From: Eledone cirrhosa
Lineage: Eukaryota
Assembly (NCBI GenBank): GCA_964016885.1
Contig: OZ024755.1
Span: forward strand, 33,790,001 to 33,854,000
Direction of reading: 5' to 3'
DNA: 64,000 bases
Shown here: positions 38,330 to 50,391 of the stretch, one piece after another
Layout: each line of letters opens with the position of its first letter
Numbering within the stretch: position 1 is the stretch's first letter
Made by a program: the position numbers and the translations under genes
The notes under the pieces: model-generated
What the model was told of the DNA's origin: nothing
Seen by the model: only the letters and a program-made list of their open reading frames with translations
Database searches by the model: none

Positions 38330-38500
38330 TGTTCTTCTTCATCCACCTGAGACGGTCATGGGAACAGAGTCCTCAAAACTCCTTCCAGCAAGTCCTGTCA
38401 GAGGCAACTGTTTTCAACTGATCTAGCTAGATCCTCTAGTGAGACCAGCGAAGCTCAGGGTCTACCCCTAGCTCTCCTGCTGGCTGCTTTTGCTCTCCCC
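38330..38500 (-). mobile_element. RTE (Expander-like) 3' end with (GAA) tail
   Basis: Same sequence as 36084-36190 plus terminal 'caggtggatgaagaagaac'. Confidence 0.7.
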
Positions 38501-39343
38501 ATTTGATTACAGCCAGTTTGAACAGAAAGAGGTGCAGGAATTCTGGTCGGATATGGCCTGTTTAAATGCTAAAGGGTTAATGCTCTTAACAGTCCTAGAC
38601 ACAACATACGGCCAGAGTAATTTACACAGTATGTACCACACAATAAACACAAAACCAAAAAGAATATATTTGTTCATTGTTGACTTTATATGATACAAAA
38701 TATTTCTTGCTCTATTAAGAATCTTGTGGTTACTCTTCATTAACGTTCTCTTTCCTATGTTAAAATATTCACTTTTAGGTGTACACTACATTCATAATTA
38801 TATTTAATGTTGTAAAAGAAGCAAAATACAACACATAGATTTTGTTTGCTATACATTATTCTACTGGAATGAAAAATACAATTGACTTGACAATAGAATC
38901 TTGCACACATTAGTTTGAACAACAATCTAAATAATAACCAGGTGAAAATATTAATATAGTGCTAAGCCATAAACTGGTGGCTGTATTACCAAATTGTGGT
39001 ATTGATTGCTCAAAGTATCATTAATAGTTATTGTGCAAACAAAATTCCAAGTCAATCTTTTAGATCTTTGGTCAAATAATCTAGACAGCAAGTATATTCC
39101 TTCCTAATCTTTAAAGTTGCCAAAAAAACAAAAAAAAAAAGAATAATAAATTATGAAATATAATAAAAATATTTAAAAAACTCCAAAATAAACCCAAAAA
39201 ACAAAAATATTAGAAATATATAAATGGTGTAAATATAAAAGCTGAAACAAGTGAGTAAATAATTTGATTAGAAATTCCTGCAAGATTCAAATATTTCTAG
39301 ACAGATAAGTGCCTTAGCTTTCCGTCATAACATTTCATGGGAT

Positions 39344-39743
39344 TTAACCTGTTGACTGCCACATATGTTTTACACAGCTACAGTTGCTCTGCCGGGATTT
39401 TTTTCAGTAAAATGAATATTTTAATTGACAAATGTCACATCAGAAAACTAGTAACTCCATCTAGCTTTGGAATTATGAACTGTTGGGAACGAGTTCATAA
39501 CTTTAAAGTTACGAACTGTTGGAAATGAGTTCATCACTTTGAAGTTACGCTTTAACTGTTTTACCTTTTCCAGCCATCCGGCTGAGGCCATGCTCGGGCA
39601 CCATCCATATGAACTTCATAGCTTTGAAGTTATGAACTGTTGGAAAGGAGTTCAAACATGTTAGGATGAGATATCTCGTCCCTGACACTGGAATGCATAC
39701 ATGTTAGGACATGTTATTTCATCTAAGGCACTGAAGAGGTTAA
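39344..39743. mobile_element. Second piggyBac-type MITE (family M2)
   Basis: TTAA-CCTGTTGACTGCC ... GGCACTGAAGAGG-TTAA (10/13 TIR match); internal 'gaactgttgg..gagttca' repeats. Confidence 0.65.
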
Positions 39744-39938
39744 CAAAGATGGAAACCAAAATTGTAGAGAAACAACATAAAACTGAATACAAATGCATAT
39801 AAAACTGAATGTAATGATTAATAAACTTGTACAATGTTGTTCTTTATTTTATTTTTGCAAAAATTATAGCGAGTGTGGTAGTGATAAGAAATACTTGAAT
39901 TTCATTGTACATAGTTCAGAATGGTGGCCTAGATAACA

Positions 39939-40563
39939 TCTACCTATATAATACTAAAAGTCTGTGATTGCTTGCTTACTTGTATGTAATGTAATACAGC
40001 CAAAAGGGTGCTTAATGGGAAAATACATTGAAAGGAAGTTGACCCTGAAATGGGGATACAAATGGAATAAAACAAATGGAAAACAAGTTTCACGTAAATC
40101 GGAGCATGGGTTCCCGAGATACAGGGTTTTTCTTCATAAACAGAGAGAGAGAGAGAGAACGATAGAAAGGAAGAGATAGTGGTTGTGAGAGAGTAGATTG
40201 AAAGATAGACAGAGAGAGAGGGAGAAGAGATAGAGAAGGAGAATGGAAGAGAGAGAGAGAGATCTGATGGTATTATTGTGTATATATATGTGAGTGTATG
40301 TGTGTGTATATGTGTGTGTCTATGACAAGTGTATATGGATCACAGACACCCACATATATATATACACACACATACATACATATGTATATACACACATTTA
40401 TATATATACATACACACACGTATATATATAGGCCTTCCAGTTCCATTTCACATTATATACATGTCTGTGTATATTTTAATTATTTAAAAATTATTTTTAA
40501 GTGAACATGATTTAAAAAAATATTTTGAATTAAACATGACCCAACGGGTCATGGGTGGTCTAG
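39939..40563 (+). mobile_element. Non-autonomous Helitron (625 bp)
   Basis: A|TCtacctatataatactaaaag 5' end; hairpin catgaccc-aac-gggtcatg (40535-40553); 3' CTAG|T; no TSD; internal GA/TA microsatellites. Confidence 0.85.
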
Positions 40564-40586
40564 TATTGAATAAAAGTAGACTTAGA

Positions 40587-40752
40587 AATAATTGTTTTTA
40601 CTTTTGGCATAAGGACAGCAATTACCCCAGTGCATTACTGGTGCTTTATTTTATTGACGCCATAAGGATGAAAGGCAAAGTTAACCTCAGTGGGATTTGA
40701 ACTCAACCGTAAAGCATGGCGTCCGACCCTCTACTGATACTGCCAATCTACC
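40587..40752 (-). mobile_element. SINE family A, internally deleted
   Basis: Family A module; flanked by 'gtagactt..gaaataat' duplication. Confidence 0.85.
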
Positions 40753-40779
40753 ATCCTTATGTAGACTTTGAAATAATGT

Positions 40780-41055
40780 TCTAGGAAAATCTGGAATAGT
40801 ACTAGGAAAGCCTGGAAAAATCCGAGGAAAGTCTGTTAAAGTTCGAGCAAAAACCACGAAAATGTTATGAAAACCTGGAAAGGTTCAAGGGAAATCGGAG
40901 AAAGTCTGAGGAAAATTTGGGAAAGTTTGAAGAAAATGTGGGAAGTCCAAGGAAAATCAGGAAATGTCCAAGTTAAATCTGGGAAAGCCCGAGGAAAATT
41001 GGGGAAAGTCTGAGAAAATGCGAGGAAAATCTGGGAGAATCCAAGGAAAATCTGT
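40780..41055. repeat. Old degenerate ~20-bp purine-rich tandem repeat ('ggaaaatctgggaaagtccga')
   Basis: Recurring gaggaaaat/ggaaag blocks. Confidence 0.7.
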
Positions 41056-42471
41056 ACTATCTTGTAACATACAGTATATATTTTAATTTCTACTACTTAT
41101 GATTATTTTTTACTAATCTCACTTTGGCAACAACCAATTAGTATATTCCTCTTCATCCATCTTAGAATTGATATTGTGAATTTAGAAATTGGTATCTTTT
41201 TTTTTCGTTTTTTTTTTTGCATTTATTTCTTATTTTCTTTTGAAGCAATTGAATAAAAATGATCGATTAGAGTTGTAAAATGTCAAAAACACTATTAATT
41301 CATTACAGCCCCATTGGGAAGAAATATGCATATCACAAGCAATATTTGGCAATATATACGTGACAGAACCATCATAGACAGTTGACACTTCTCAAGAACA
41401 GGCAACTCAATTAAAAGAATATAGCAACAAAAACAACAATAACAACCCAACACAACACCACTGACATTATTGACATCTACCACCATTTATATAAGTTTTC
41501 CTAGTGTTTGACCAGTAGTGGTAGCTGATCAACTAATTTCCCAGATGGATGGATAGCATAACACAAGATGTAGCCGATTACTCAGCGCTCAACATTGGCA
41601 ATGGATATCAAGATCAGTGAGAGAAGATCAATAATTTTGTGAAAAACTTCCAATGAATATGGCAGTAGATTGAATGTAAAAGTTAATACATGTAAGCTGG
41701 CAGAGACTTGAATTTATCACTTATTTATGTCTATTGTTTCCACTGGATGACCAAGGCTAGAAGAATTGATGACAATGGTAAAATATATTGATCTTGTTAA
41801 CAGCTTTGTGCTCACATATATACATATTTATAATTATGAATATGATTCTAGTATTAAGTTTTGATCAACAAGTCACTGGATGATGCATTGTTTATTGATA
41901 TATAAGCAAGTGAATAAATGCAGAATAAGTTTGCATGACAGCATCAAGGTCTGTTTACCATGTCTTCATTTATTCATGTTACAATGGTCATTAGGGAGTA
42001 ATGCTACTTCTATCTAGAGTGTCCATATGACGAACAATCATCAACTACTCATGCTTGTGGAAAATTCTTAAACTCAAAAGTCCATGAATATATTATTTCC
42101 TTCTTTGGATTATTTCCATTGCGATTTGCTACCATGTTTTTGAAGTTCAGTTAAGAAAATAGGTAAAATTACATTTATAGTATAGATTTTCATCTATGAT
42201 TTCAAAATTATCATTATCCTCATCATCATTTTATGTTTGTTTTCCATGCTGGCATGGGTTGGATGGGCTGTCACGGTTTGAAAAAAAATAGTTTGGATAA
42301 AAACACCTAAACACCTAGCAGATATGCTACATATTTTGTCATGGTTTCTATGTCCGGATGACCTTCCTAATGCCAACCACTACACAGACTGTACTAGGTG
42401 TTTTTTTTTCATGGCACCAGGACTAGTAAGGTTGTCATGTAATGGTCTAACTGGTTTTTACTGCCTCCATT

Positions 42472-42509
<38 letters not shown>

Positions 42510-42662
42510 CATACCAATACACATATATATATATATACATACATACCAATACATATATATATATATATATACATACATACCAATACATATATATACATAC
42601 CAATACGTATATATACATATATATACATACATACCAATACATATATATATATATATATATAC

Positions 42663-42734
<72 letters not shown>

Positions 42735-42749
42735 GTATATATACATATA

Positions 42750-43272
42750 TGCGTTGGTATGGACATGTGATGCGTATGAAGGATGACAGCTGCATAAAAA
42801 GGTGCAGAGCACTAGAAGTCGATGGAAACCGCGGAGTGGAGAGACCCAAGATGACCTGGGATGAGGTGATAAAAGCCGACCTTACCCAATTACACCTCTC
42901 AAAGGCGATGACACACGACCGTGACCTCTGGCGTCACGCAGTAATACAGAGTACCTGACCTCCCATGGGTACAAGCTGAAGCATATAGACAATATGCCCC
43001 CCACCCCCCACTGCAAGGTGGACGTGCAGATGCCACAGCAAAAAAGCACCCAGCCCACACTGTAAAGTGGACGTGTAGGCGCCACGAAAAAGCACCCAGC
43101 ACTCACTGTAAATGAGGTTGGTGTTAGGAAGGGCATCCAGCTGTAGAAATCAAGCCAAATCAGTTCCTGTATGAGCAAGGCATGGTCAGCCGACCAGACA
43201 CTGCCCACAACAGGACAACCCGTCTAACCCATGCTAGCATGAAAGAACGGACGTAAAACGGTGATGATGATG

Positions 43273-43273
<1 letters not shown>
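42750..43273 (+). mobile_element. RTE LINE 3' end: ORF2 C-terminus plus long 3'UTR with V-like motif
   Basis: [18 protein letters not shown]...[15 protein letters not shown]...DRDLWR, then UTR with 'aggaagggcatccagctgtagaaa' and tail 'aacccatgctagcatg..ggacgtaaaac(gat)n'. Confidence 0.9.
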
Positions 43274-43307
<34 letters not shown>

Positions 43308-43308
43308 G

Positions 43309-43343
<35 letters not shown>

Positions 43344-43615
43344 ACATCATCGTTAAACGTCTATCTTCTACACTAGCATGGGTTAGACGGGAATTGTCCT
43401 ACTTGAGGCAAGATTGATCGGGTGACCATGTCTCTCTCGTATAGGATTGTATCTGGCAGGTTTTCTATGGCTGGATGCCCTTCCTAACACCAACAACATT
43501 TACAGTGTAGACTGGGTGCTTTTTGTCGTGACACCTACACGACCACTTTAGTGTGGTCTGGATGTTCTGTGGTACCAACATAACTACATATATATATATA
43601 AATACACAAATACAT

Positions 43616-43652
<37 letters not shown>

Positions 43653-43854
43653 AAGGAACGATCGACTTTTGTCAAATCGGACCGAGGAAACAATGTTTCC
43701 GTTGGTCTTTACAATTGCTAATACTATCTATCAGTTGCAACTCCAGGTAGAAGGAGCAACATGAAATAAAATGTCTTGCTCAAGGACATAACGCATCACC
43801 TGGTCCAGGAATTGAACGATTGCGAATCCAATTCTCTAACCACTCAGCCACAAT

Positions 43855-44170
43855 TCATTTCATTTTACGTCCGCTTTTTCCCTGCTTGCAAGGGTGGCTT
43901 GATTTCTACAGCTGAATGCCCTTCCTAACACCAACCCCATTTACAGTGAGTGCTGGGTGCTTTTTTTGCCATGGCACCTCCACAACCACTTTGCAGTGGA
44001 ATGATAGGGACCCCAGTCTCTATCATCTCATTTCTACAGCTGAGTAAACTGGAGCAATGTGAAATAAAGTGTCTTGCTCAAGGAAACAACACATCACCCG
44101 GTCTGAGAATTGAACTCACAACCTTTCGATTGCAAGGCCAATGCTCTAACCACTAAGCCATGTGCCTCCA
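43855..44170 (-). mobile_element. SINE family B
   Basis: Reverse complement of 12115-12455 with a small deletion. Confidence 0.92.
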
Positions 44171-44179
44171 TATATATAT

Positions 44180-44385
44180 ATGGAAATGCCAGTAGAAGGA
44201 AGACGTGCTAGAGGTAGACCACGAAAAACATGGGCGGAGGTGGTGAGAACAGACCTCAGATCATTGAAGCTCACGGTGGAGATGACGAAGGACCGTGACG
44301 AGTGGAGAGATGCTGTGCTGAATAAGACCCGTCCCACCCTTGCAAGCAGGGAAAAGCGGACGTAAAATGATGATGATGATGATGA

Positions 44386-44388
<3 letters not shown>
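44180..44388 (+). mobile_element. RTE LINE 3' end (same family as 29239-30411)
   Basis: [25 protein letters not shown]...DRDEWRDAV; tail 'cccacccttgcaagcagggaaaagcggacgtaaaat(gat)n'. Confidence 0.92.
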
Positions 44389-44433
<45 letters not shown>

Positions 44434-45196
44434 ATATATATACCAGCAAATGAGTAGAGGAATGTAAAAATATTTTGAGTGCCATGCATAAAGTGTTTTT
44501 ACAGTTATCCATGACAGTAGAAGTCTGAAAATATCACATGTTGAAGTAGTGAGATCATACCTAAAGCCTCTCATGAGAAGTGTTGCTATCATGTAATACC
44601 TATTAAAATGTTGCTGTTGCTGAAGATGAATTTTTCTTTTTTTTTATCTTTTACAATTCTAATTTCTAATTGCAATAAACAGTGAAAAACCTGCAGATTT
44701 TTCACCATTTCTCCAACAACACAACAGTATAAATGGTTGTGCCGGGCATCAGGAGAATTCCTCATCTGTGAATTTCTCATATTTTCTGTAAATTATGTAT
44801 GGAAATGGTGTTTAGAGAGAGACTGACCGATTTGGATGAAGATCATTATTGAATATAAAACATGTTGATTCGATCTAATGAAAAGGCTTCTGCGACATTA
44901 ATTATTTCGTACTTTAAAATGGATGATCACATATTTGGGAGAAATTTTCTCAGTTCAAAATGGCCGGTGGTGAAAAAGGTGTTAATATTTTTTTCTGAAT
45001 TGTTTTGTTATGACAAAATAGCCTGAAGAGGATGATAAATCACTTGATAGAACTGAAACTAACCTGCACTAAAGTTATTTATCAACTGTGATGTGTTGCC
45101 TACTCAATAATCCCCCCCCCCCTTTTTTTTTTTTTTCAGGACAGTCATTTGTATGATGTCTGATGTTAAGGTGTGTGGAGAGCAGAGCTGGTTTAG

Positions 45197-45893
45197 TCAT
45201 CATCATCATCTCCATAATCATTGTTATCATCACTGTCAACATAGTCTTTGTTGTTGTTGTCACCACCACCATCATCATCACCATCATTGTTATCATCATC
45301 ACCACCACCACCACCACCACCACCACCATCATCAACATCATCATCATGATCATCCTCACCATCATCACCACCATCACCATCACCATCACCGTCATCATCG
45401 TCTTTGTTGTTGTCATCACCATCATTGTTATCATCATCATCATCATCATCACTGTCATCACCATCATCACCATCATCATCATCACCATCATTGTTATCAT
45501 CAGTCATCATCGTCTTTGTTGTTGTCACCATCATCATCATCATCATCATCACCGCCATTATCATCATCATCATCATCACTGTCATCACCATCATCACCAC
45601 CATCACCATCACCACCATCACCACCATCACCACCATCACCACCATCATCACCATCACCACCATCACCATCATTGTTATCATCAGTCATCATCGTCTTTGT
45701 TGTTGTCATCATCATCATCATCATCATCATCACCATCCTCACTGTCATCACCATCACCATCCTCATCACCATCACCATCATCATCACCATCATCATTATC
45801 ATCATCGTTATCATCACTGTGATCATCGTTTGTCATAGTAGTCATCATCATCATCATCGTTGTCATAGTCGTCTTCGTCATCATCATCCACAG

Positions 45894-45924
<31 letters not shown>

Positions 45925-45981
45925 GTATTCTTCAATGTCGTCATCATCCTCAACATCATCATCATCGTCCTCGTCATCATC
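45197..45981. repeat. (CAT)/(CAC) trinucleotide array
   Basis: Direct reading. Confidence 0.93.
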
Positions 45982-46442
45982 GTTTCTACTTTTGGCACAA
46001 GGCCAGCAATTACCCCAGTACATTACTGGTATTTTTTAGTTATCGACCCCGTAAGGATGAAAGGCAAAAGCTAAACTCGGCGGGATTTGAACTCAGATCA
46101 CAAGGGGCCGTAACACTATGCTGCAAAGCATGGTGTCTGACGCTCTACCGATACTGCCAATCCACCACGATCATGCTCAATAATAATTGTTTCTACTTTT
46201 GGCACAAGGCCAGCAATAACCCAGTGCATTACTGGTACTTTATTTTATATACCAATAATAATAATAATTGTTTCTACTTTAGGCACAAGGCCAGCAATTA
46301 TCCCAGTGTATTACTGGTACTTTATTTTATCGACCCCGTAAGGATGAAAGGCAAAGCCAACCTCGGCGGGATTTGAACTCAGATCGTAAAGGGACGTAAC
46401 TCTATGCTGGAAAGCATGACATCCGACCCTCTACCGATACTG
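45982..46442 (-). mobile_element. SINE family A cluster (two near-full copies and one fragment)
   Basis: Three family A modules in the same orientation. Confidence 0.9.
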
Positions 46443-46725
46443 AGCGGATCGGCATGACCTGGATATAGCCCAGCCCCTTCAAGTGTATGAAGTTAAGGGC
46501 CAAGACTCTCACTTGAGGGGTTTCTTCTCTGAAACCTTCTGCTATCCAGCTCTCCTGAGAGTGTTGTACCCCTTTCTTACCACTTACAATCGTTTTTCTT
46601 TTAAAAGTCAGATTTTCAGGTTTGGAATATAGTTATTCAAATGTTCCAATAGCAATGTTGGTTTTGTTTCAAATCTAATATTTTAATAGTAACACTACAC
46701 CAGATAAAACTAGATAAAGAACTGT

Positions 46726-47338
46726 TTAACCCTTTAGCATTTAAACCAGCTGTATCATCATCATCATCATCGTTTAAAGTCCATATTCCACGCTAGCATG
46801 GGTTAGACAGGAGTTGTGCCACTTGAGGCAAGGTTGGTCGGGTGACCGTGTCTCGCTCGTATAGGACTATCTGGCAGGCTTTCTACGGCTGGATGCCCTT
46901 CCTAACACCAACCACATTTACAGTGTGGAACTGGGAACTTTTTACCGTGTTACCGACATGGCCACATTACAGCGTGGACTGGGAGGTTTTTACCGTGTTA
47001 CCCACACGGCCACATTACAGCGTGGACTGGGAGGTTTTTACCGTATTACCTACACGGCCACATTACAGCGTGGACTGGGAGGTTTTTACCGTGTTACCTA
47101 CATGGCCACATTACAGTGTGGACTGGGAGTAGTTTTTTTGTTTTTTTTTGTATCTGGCCAGAATTCTCTCACCTCTTTCTGTTTAAACCGGCCATAACCG
47201 GCTGCTCATATTGATGTTAAGGTATTGTTGTCAAAATAAATAATATCAAAATCTCATAGATTCGATATTATGTGAGATAATTATGTGAGATAAAGCCTTA
47301 ACCGTAAATATAAAGTAATGTAAATTCTAAAGGGTTAA
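46726..47338. mobile_element. MITE M1 interrupted by an RTE 3'UTR fragment (~46755-47150, minus strand) containing 48-bp tandem repeats
   Basis: TTAACCCTTTAGCATT...AAAGGGTTAA; insert flanked by 'tgtatc'; ~4 x 48-nt unit 'gtggactgggaggtttttaccgtgttacctacacggccacattacagc'. Confidence 0.85.
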
Positions 47339-47705
47339 ATAATTAGTAATTTTGGAGAATTGTTGCATGATATTAGCAGGTTAAAGAAAGGGCTGTTAGA
47401 ATATAAAAACAACTAATAATATATCTCTATATTGATTTCTAATTTAGGCACAAAGCCACCAACTTGAGGGGAGGTGAAAATTGATTACATCAACCCTGTT
47501 ACAAAAGGATAAAAAGCAAGATGGCCTTAATAGAATTTGAACTCAGAGAGTCATAGCTAAATACTGCAAAGCATTTCCTTCAGCCCTCTGATAATGCATT
47601 ACCCCTAGAAATATCCATATATTAGCACTAAATATCCCTAGAATGAAATATTAAAGAATCATATTTAATAAAAAGGATTATTTGTAATAAGCACATTGTT
47701 TTACT

Positions 47706-48006
47706 TTAACCCTTTAGCATTTACATTACTCTGTATACACTGTTATATTTTTATGGCAAAGGCTTTATCTCAGATAATATCTCAAGTAACATTTACATTA
47801 CTTTATATTTACTATTATATTTTCACAGTAAAGGCTTTACCTCATATAATTATCTCACTTATTTTTGAATCTATGAGATTTTCATATTATTTATTTTGAG
47901 AACAATACCCCAGCATCAGTATGAGCGACCCATTACAGTCAGTTTTAACAGAAAGAGGTGAGGGAATTCTGGCCAGATATGGCCAGTTTAAACACTAAAG
48001 GGTTAA
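47706..48006. mobile_element. MITE M1 with duplicated left part
   Basis: TTAACCCTTTAGC ... CTAAAGGGTTAA. Confidence 0.85.
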
Positions 48007-48286
48007 AGATCAAGCATGCATAATTAATTTATTTCTTCTCAATGTTATTATATTATCGCTATTGTGATAAGAGCCACATAACATAGCAGATATTCTCATG
48101 GCATGTTACAGCTACAATATAATTCCAATTTTGTATTGAAGTCAATATTCTTAGGAATCATGAACAATTATACTTCAAACTTCCTCTCTGATAATATATA
48201 CAGCTTTTTACAGCAAGTCCAGATGAGACCAAAATATTGCAGGCCGTGCATTAACATGTGATATCTCTCTCCACAAAGTTTGGTTA

Positions 48287-49320
48287 GTGGAGGTGTGTGG
48301 CCTAGTGGTAAGGGTGTTGGACTTACGATCATAATGTTGTGGGTTCGATTCCCAGGCTGGGTTCTGTGTTGATTTCTTGAGCAAAACACTTCATTTCACG
48401 TTGCTCCAGTATACTCAGCTGAAAATGAGTACCAGTAATAGCTGGGGGTTTAACCCTGCAATGAACTGGCATCCTGTCCAGGGGGGAGTCTTGTACTCTC
48501 AGTCACTTAATGTTAAGGAAACTGGGAGCTCCAGTATACTCAGCTGAAAATGAGTACCAGTAATAGCTGGGGGTTTAACCCTGCAATGAACTGGCATCCT
48601 GTCCAGGGGGGAGTCTTGTACTCTCAGTCGCTTAATGTTAAGGAAACTGGGAGCTCCAGTATACTCAGCTGAAAATGAGTACCAGCAATAGCTGGGGGTT
48701 TAACCCTGCAATGAACTGGCATCCTGTCCAGGGGGGAGTCTTGTACTCTCAGTCGCTTAATGTTAAGGAAACTGGGAGCTCCAGTATACTCAGCTGAAAA
48801 TGAGTACCAGTAATAGCTGGGGGTTTAACCCTGCAATGAACTGGCATCCTGTCCAGGGGGGAGTCTTGTACTCTCAGTCACTTAATGTTAAGGAAACTGG
48901 GAGCTCCAGTATACTCAGCTGAAAATGAGTACCAGTAATAGCTGGGGGTTTAACCCTGCAATGAACTGGCATCCTGTACAGGGGGGAGTCTTGTACTCTC
49001 AGTCGCTTAATGTTAAGGAAACTGGGAGTTCCAGTATACTCAGCTGAAAATGAGTACCAGTAATAGCTGGGGGTTTAACCCTGCAATGAACTGGCATCCT
49101 GTCCAGGGGGGAGTCTTGTACTCTCAATTGCTTAATGTTAAGGAAACTGGGAGCTCCAGTATACTCAGTTGAAAATGAGTACCAGTAATAGCTGGGGGTT
49201 GAACCCTGCAATGAACTGGCATCCTGTCCAGCAGGGAGTCTTGTACTCTCAGTTGCTTCACGCCATGAGACCTGGATAAGGGCCAGCCTAATGAGACTTC
49301 TCGTTTAAGACAGACTTTAG
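48287..49320 (+). mobile_element. SINE family C with its central 125-bp module amplified 7x
   Basis: Single head; units start at 48403, 48528, 48653, 48778, 48903, 49028 and 49153; single tail 'aagacagactttag'. Confidence 0.93.
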
Positions 49321-49690
49321 GTAGGGTAAATGATTCAATAGAACTTCATAGACTCTGAATTGTTAAAAAGCATCAAAAAGTATTCAGTGTATCCATTCAG
49401 CATCGATGATGTTGCTGGAGAATAGATAGTGAAATTAATTAGATTAGTGCAGGTATGGTTGTGTAGTTAAGAAGATTACACCACAAACATCTTTCTAGCT
49501 TGAATTGCACTATGTAGCGCCTTAGGCAATTTTCTTAACCATAACCTCAGGTTTTTCAATATCTTTTTAATAGAATTTGGTAGACTGAACATATGCAGTG
49601 CAAAAGTCCCTTGTATATATGCATATATATATATATATATACTTAAATATATATATATGTATATATGTGTGTGTGTGTGTATATATATAT

Positions 49691-50027
49691 ATCATCATCA
49701 TCATCATTTTACGTCTACTTTTCCCTGCTTGCAAGGGTGGGACGGGAACTGATTCTGGCTTGATTTCTACAACTGGATGCCCTTCCTAACACCAACCTCA
49801 TTTACAGTGAGTGCTGGGTGCTTTTTTGCTGTGGCACCTCTACGACCACTTTGCAGTGGAATGATAGGGACCCGAGTCCCTATCATCTCATTTCTACAGC
49901 TGAGTAAACTGGAGCAATGTGAAATAAAGTGTCTTGCTCAAGGAAACAACACATCACCTGGTCTGAGAATTGAACTCACAACCTTTCGATTGCAAGGCCA
50001 ATGCTCTAACTACTAAGCCATGTGCCT

Positions 50028-50030
<3 letters not shown>
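49691..50030 (-). mobile_element. SINE family B, full length
   Basis: Reverse complement of 12115-12455. Confidence 0.92.
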
Positions 50031-50069
<39 letters not shown>

Positions 50070-50074
50070 AATCA

Positions 50075-50385
50075 CAATCAAAAGGCTGTGAGTTCAATTC
50101 TCAGACTGGGTGATGTGTTGTTTCCTTGATCAAGACACATTATTTCACATTGCTCCAGTTTACTCAGCTGTAGAAATGAGATGATAGGGACTGGGGTCCA
50201 TATCATTCCACTGCAAAGTGGTCGTGGAGGTGCCACGGCAAAAAAGCACCCAGCACTCACTGTAAATGAGGTTGGTGTTAGGAAGGGCATCCAGCTGTAG
50301 AAATCAAGCCAGAATCAGTTCCTGTCCCACCCTTGCAAGCAGGGAAAAAGCGGACGTAAAATGAAATGATGATGAAATGATGATG
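50075..50385 (+). mobile_element. SINE family B, 5'-truncated
   Basis: Starts inside the tRNA head, otherwise near-identical to the other copies. Confidence 0.92.
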
Positions 50386-50391
50386 TATATA

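Noticed and set aside
44600-44990. Possible non-autonomous DNA transposon ('accgatttggatgaa', 'aaaatggccg')
   Set aside because: The motifs are suggestive, but no matching termini or TSD were found.
45018-45065. Possible hammerhead (CTGAAGA...GAAAC)
   Set aside because: No consistent stem I/II pairing and no NUH triplet.
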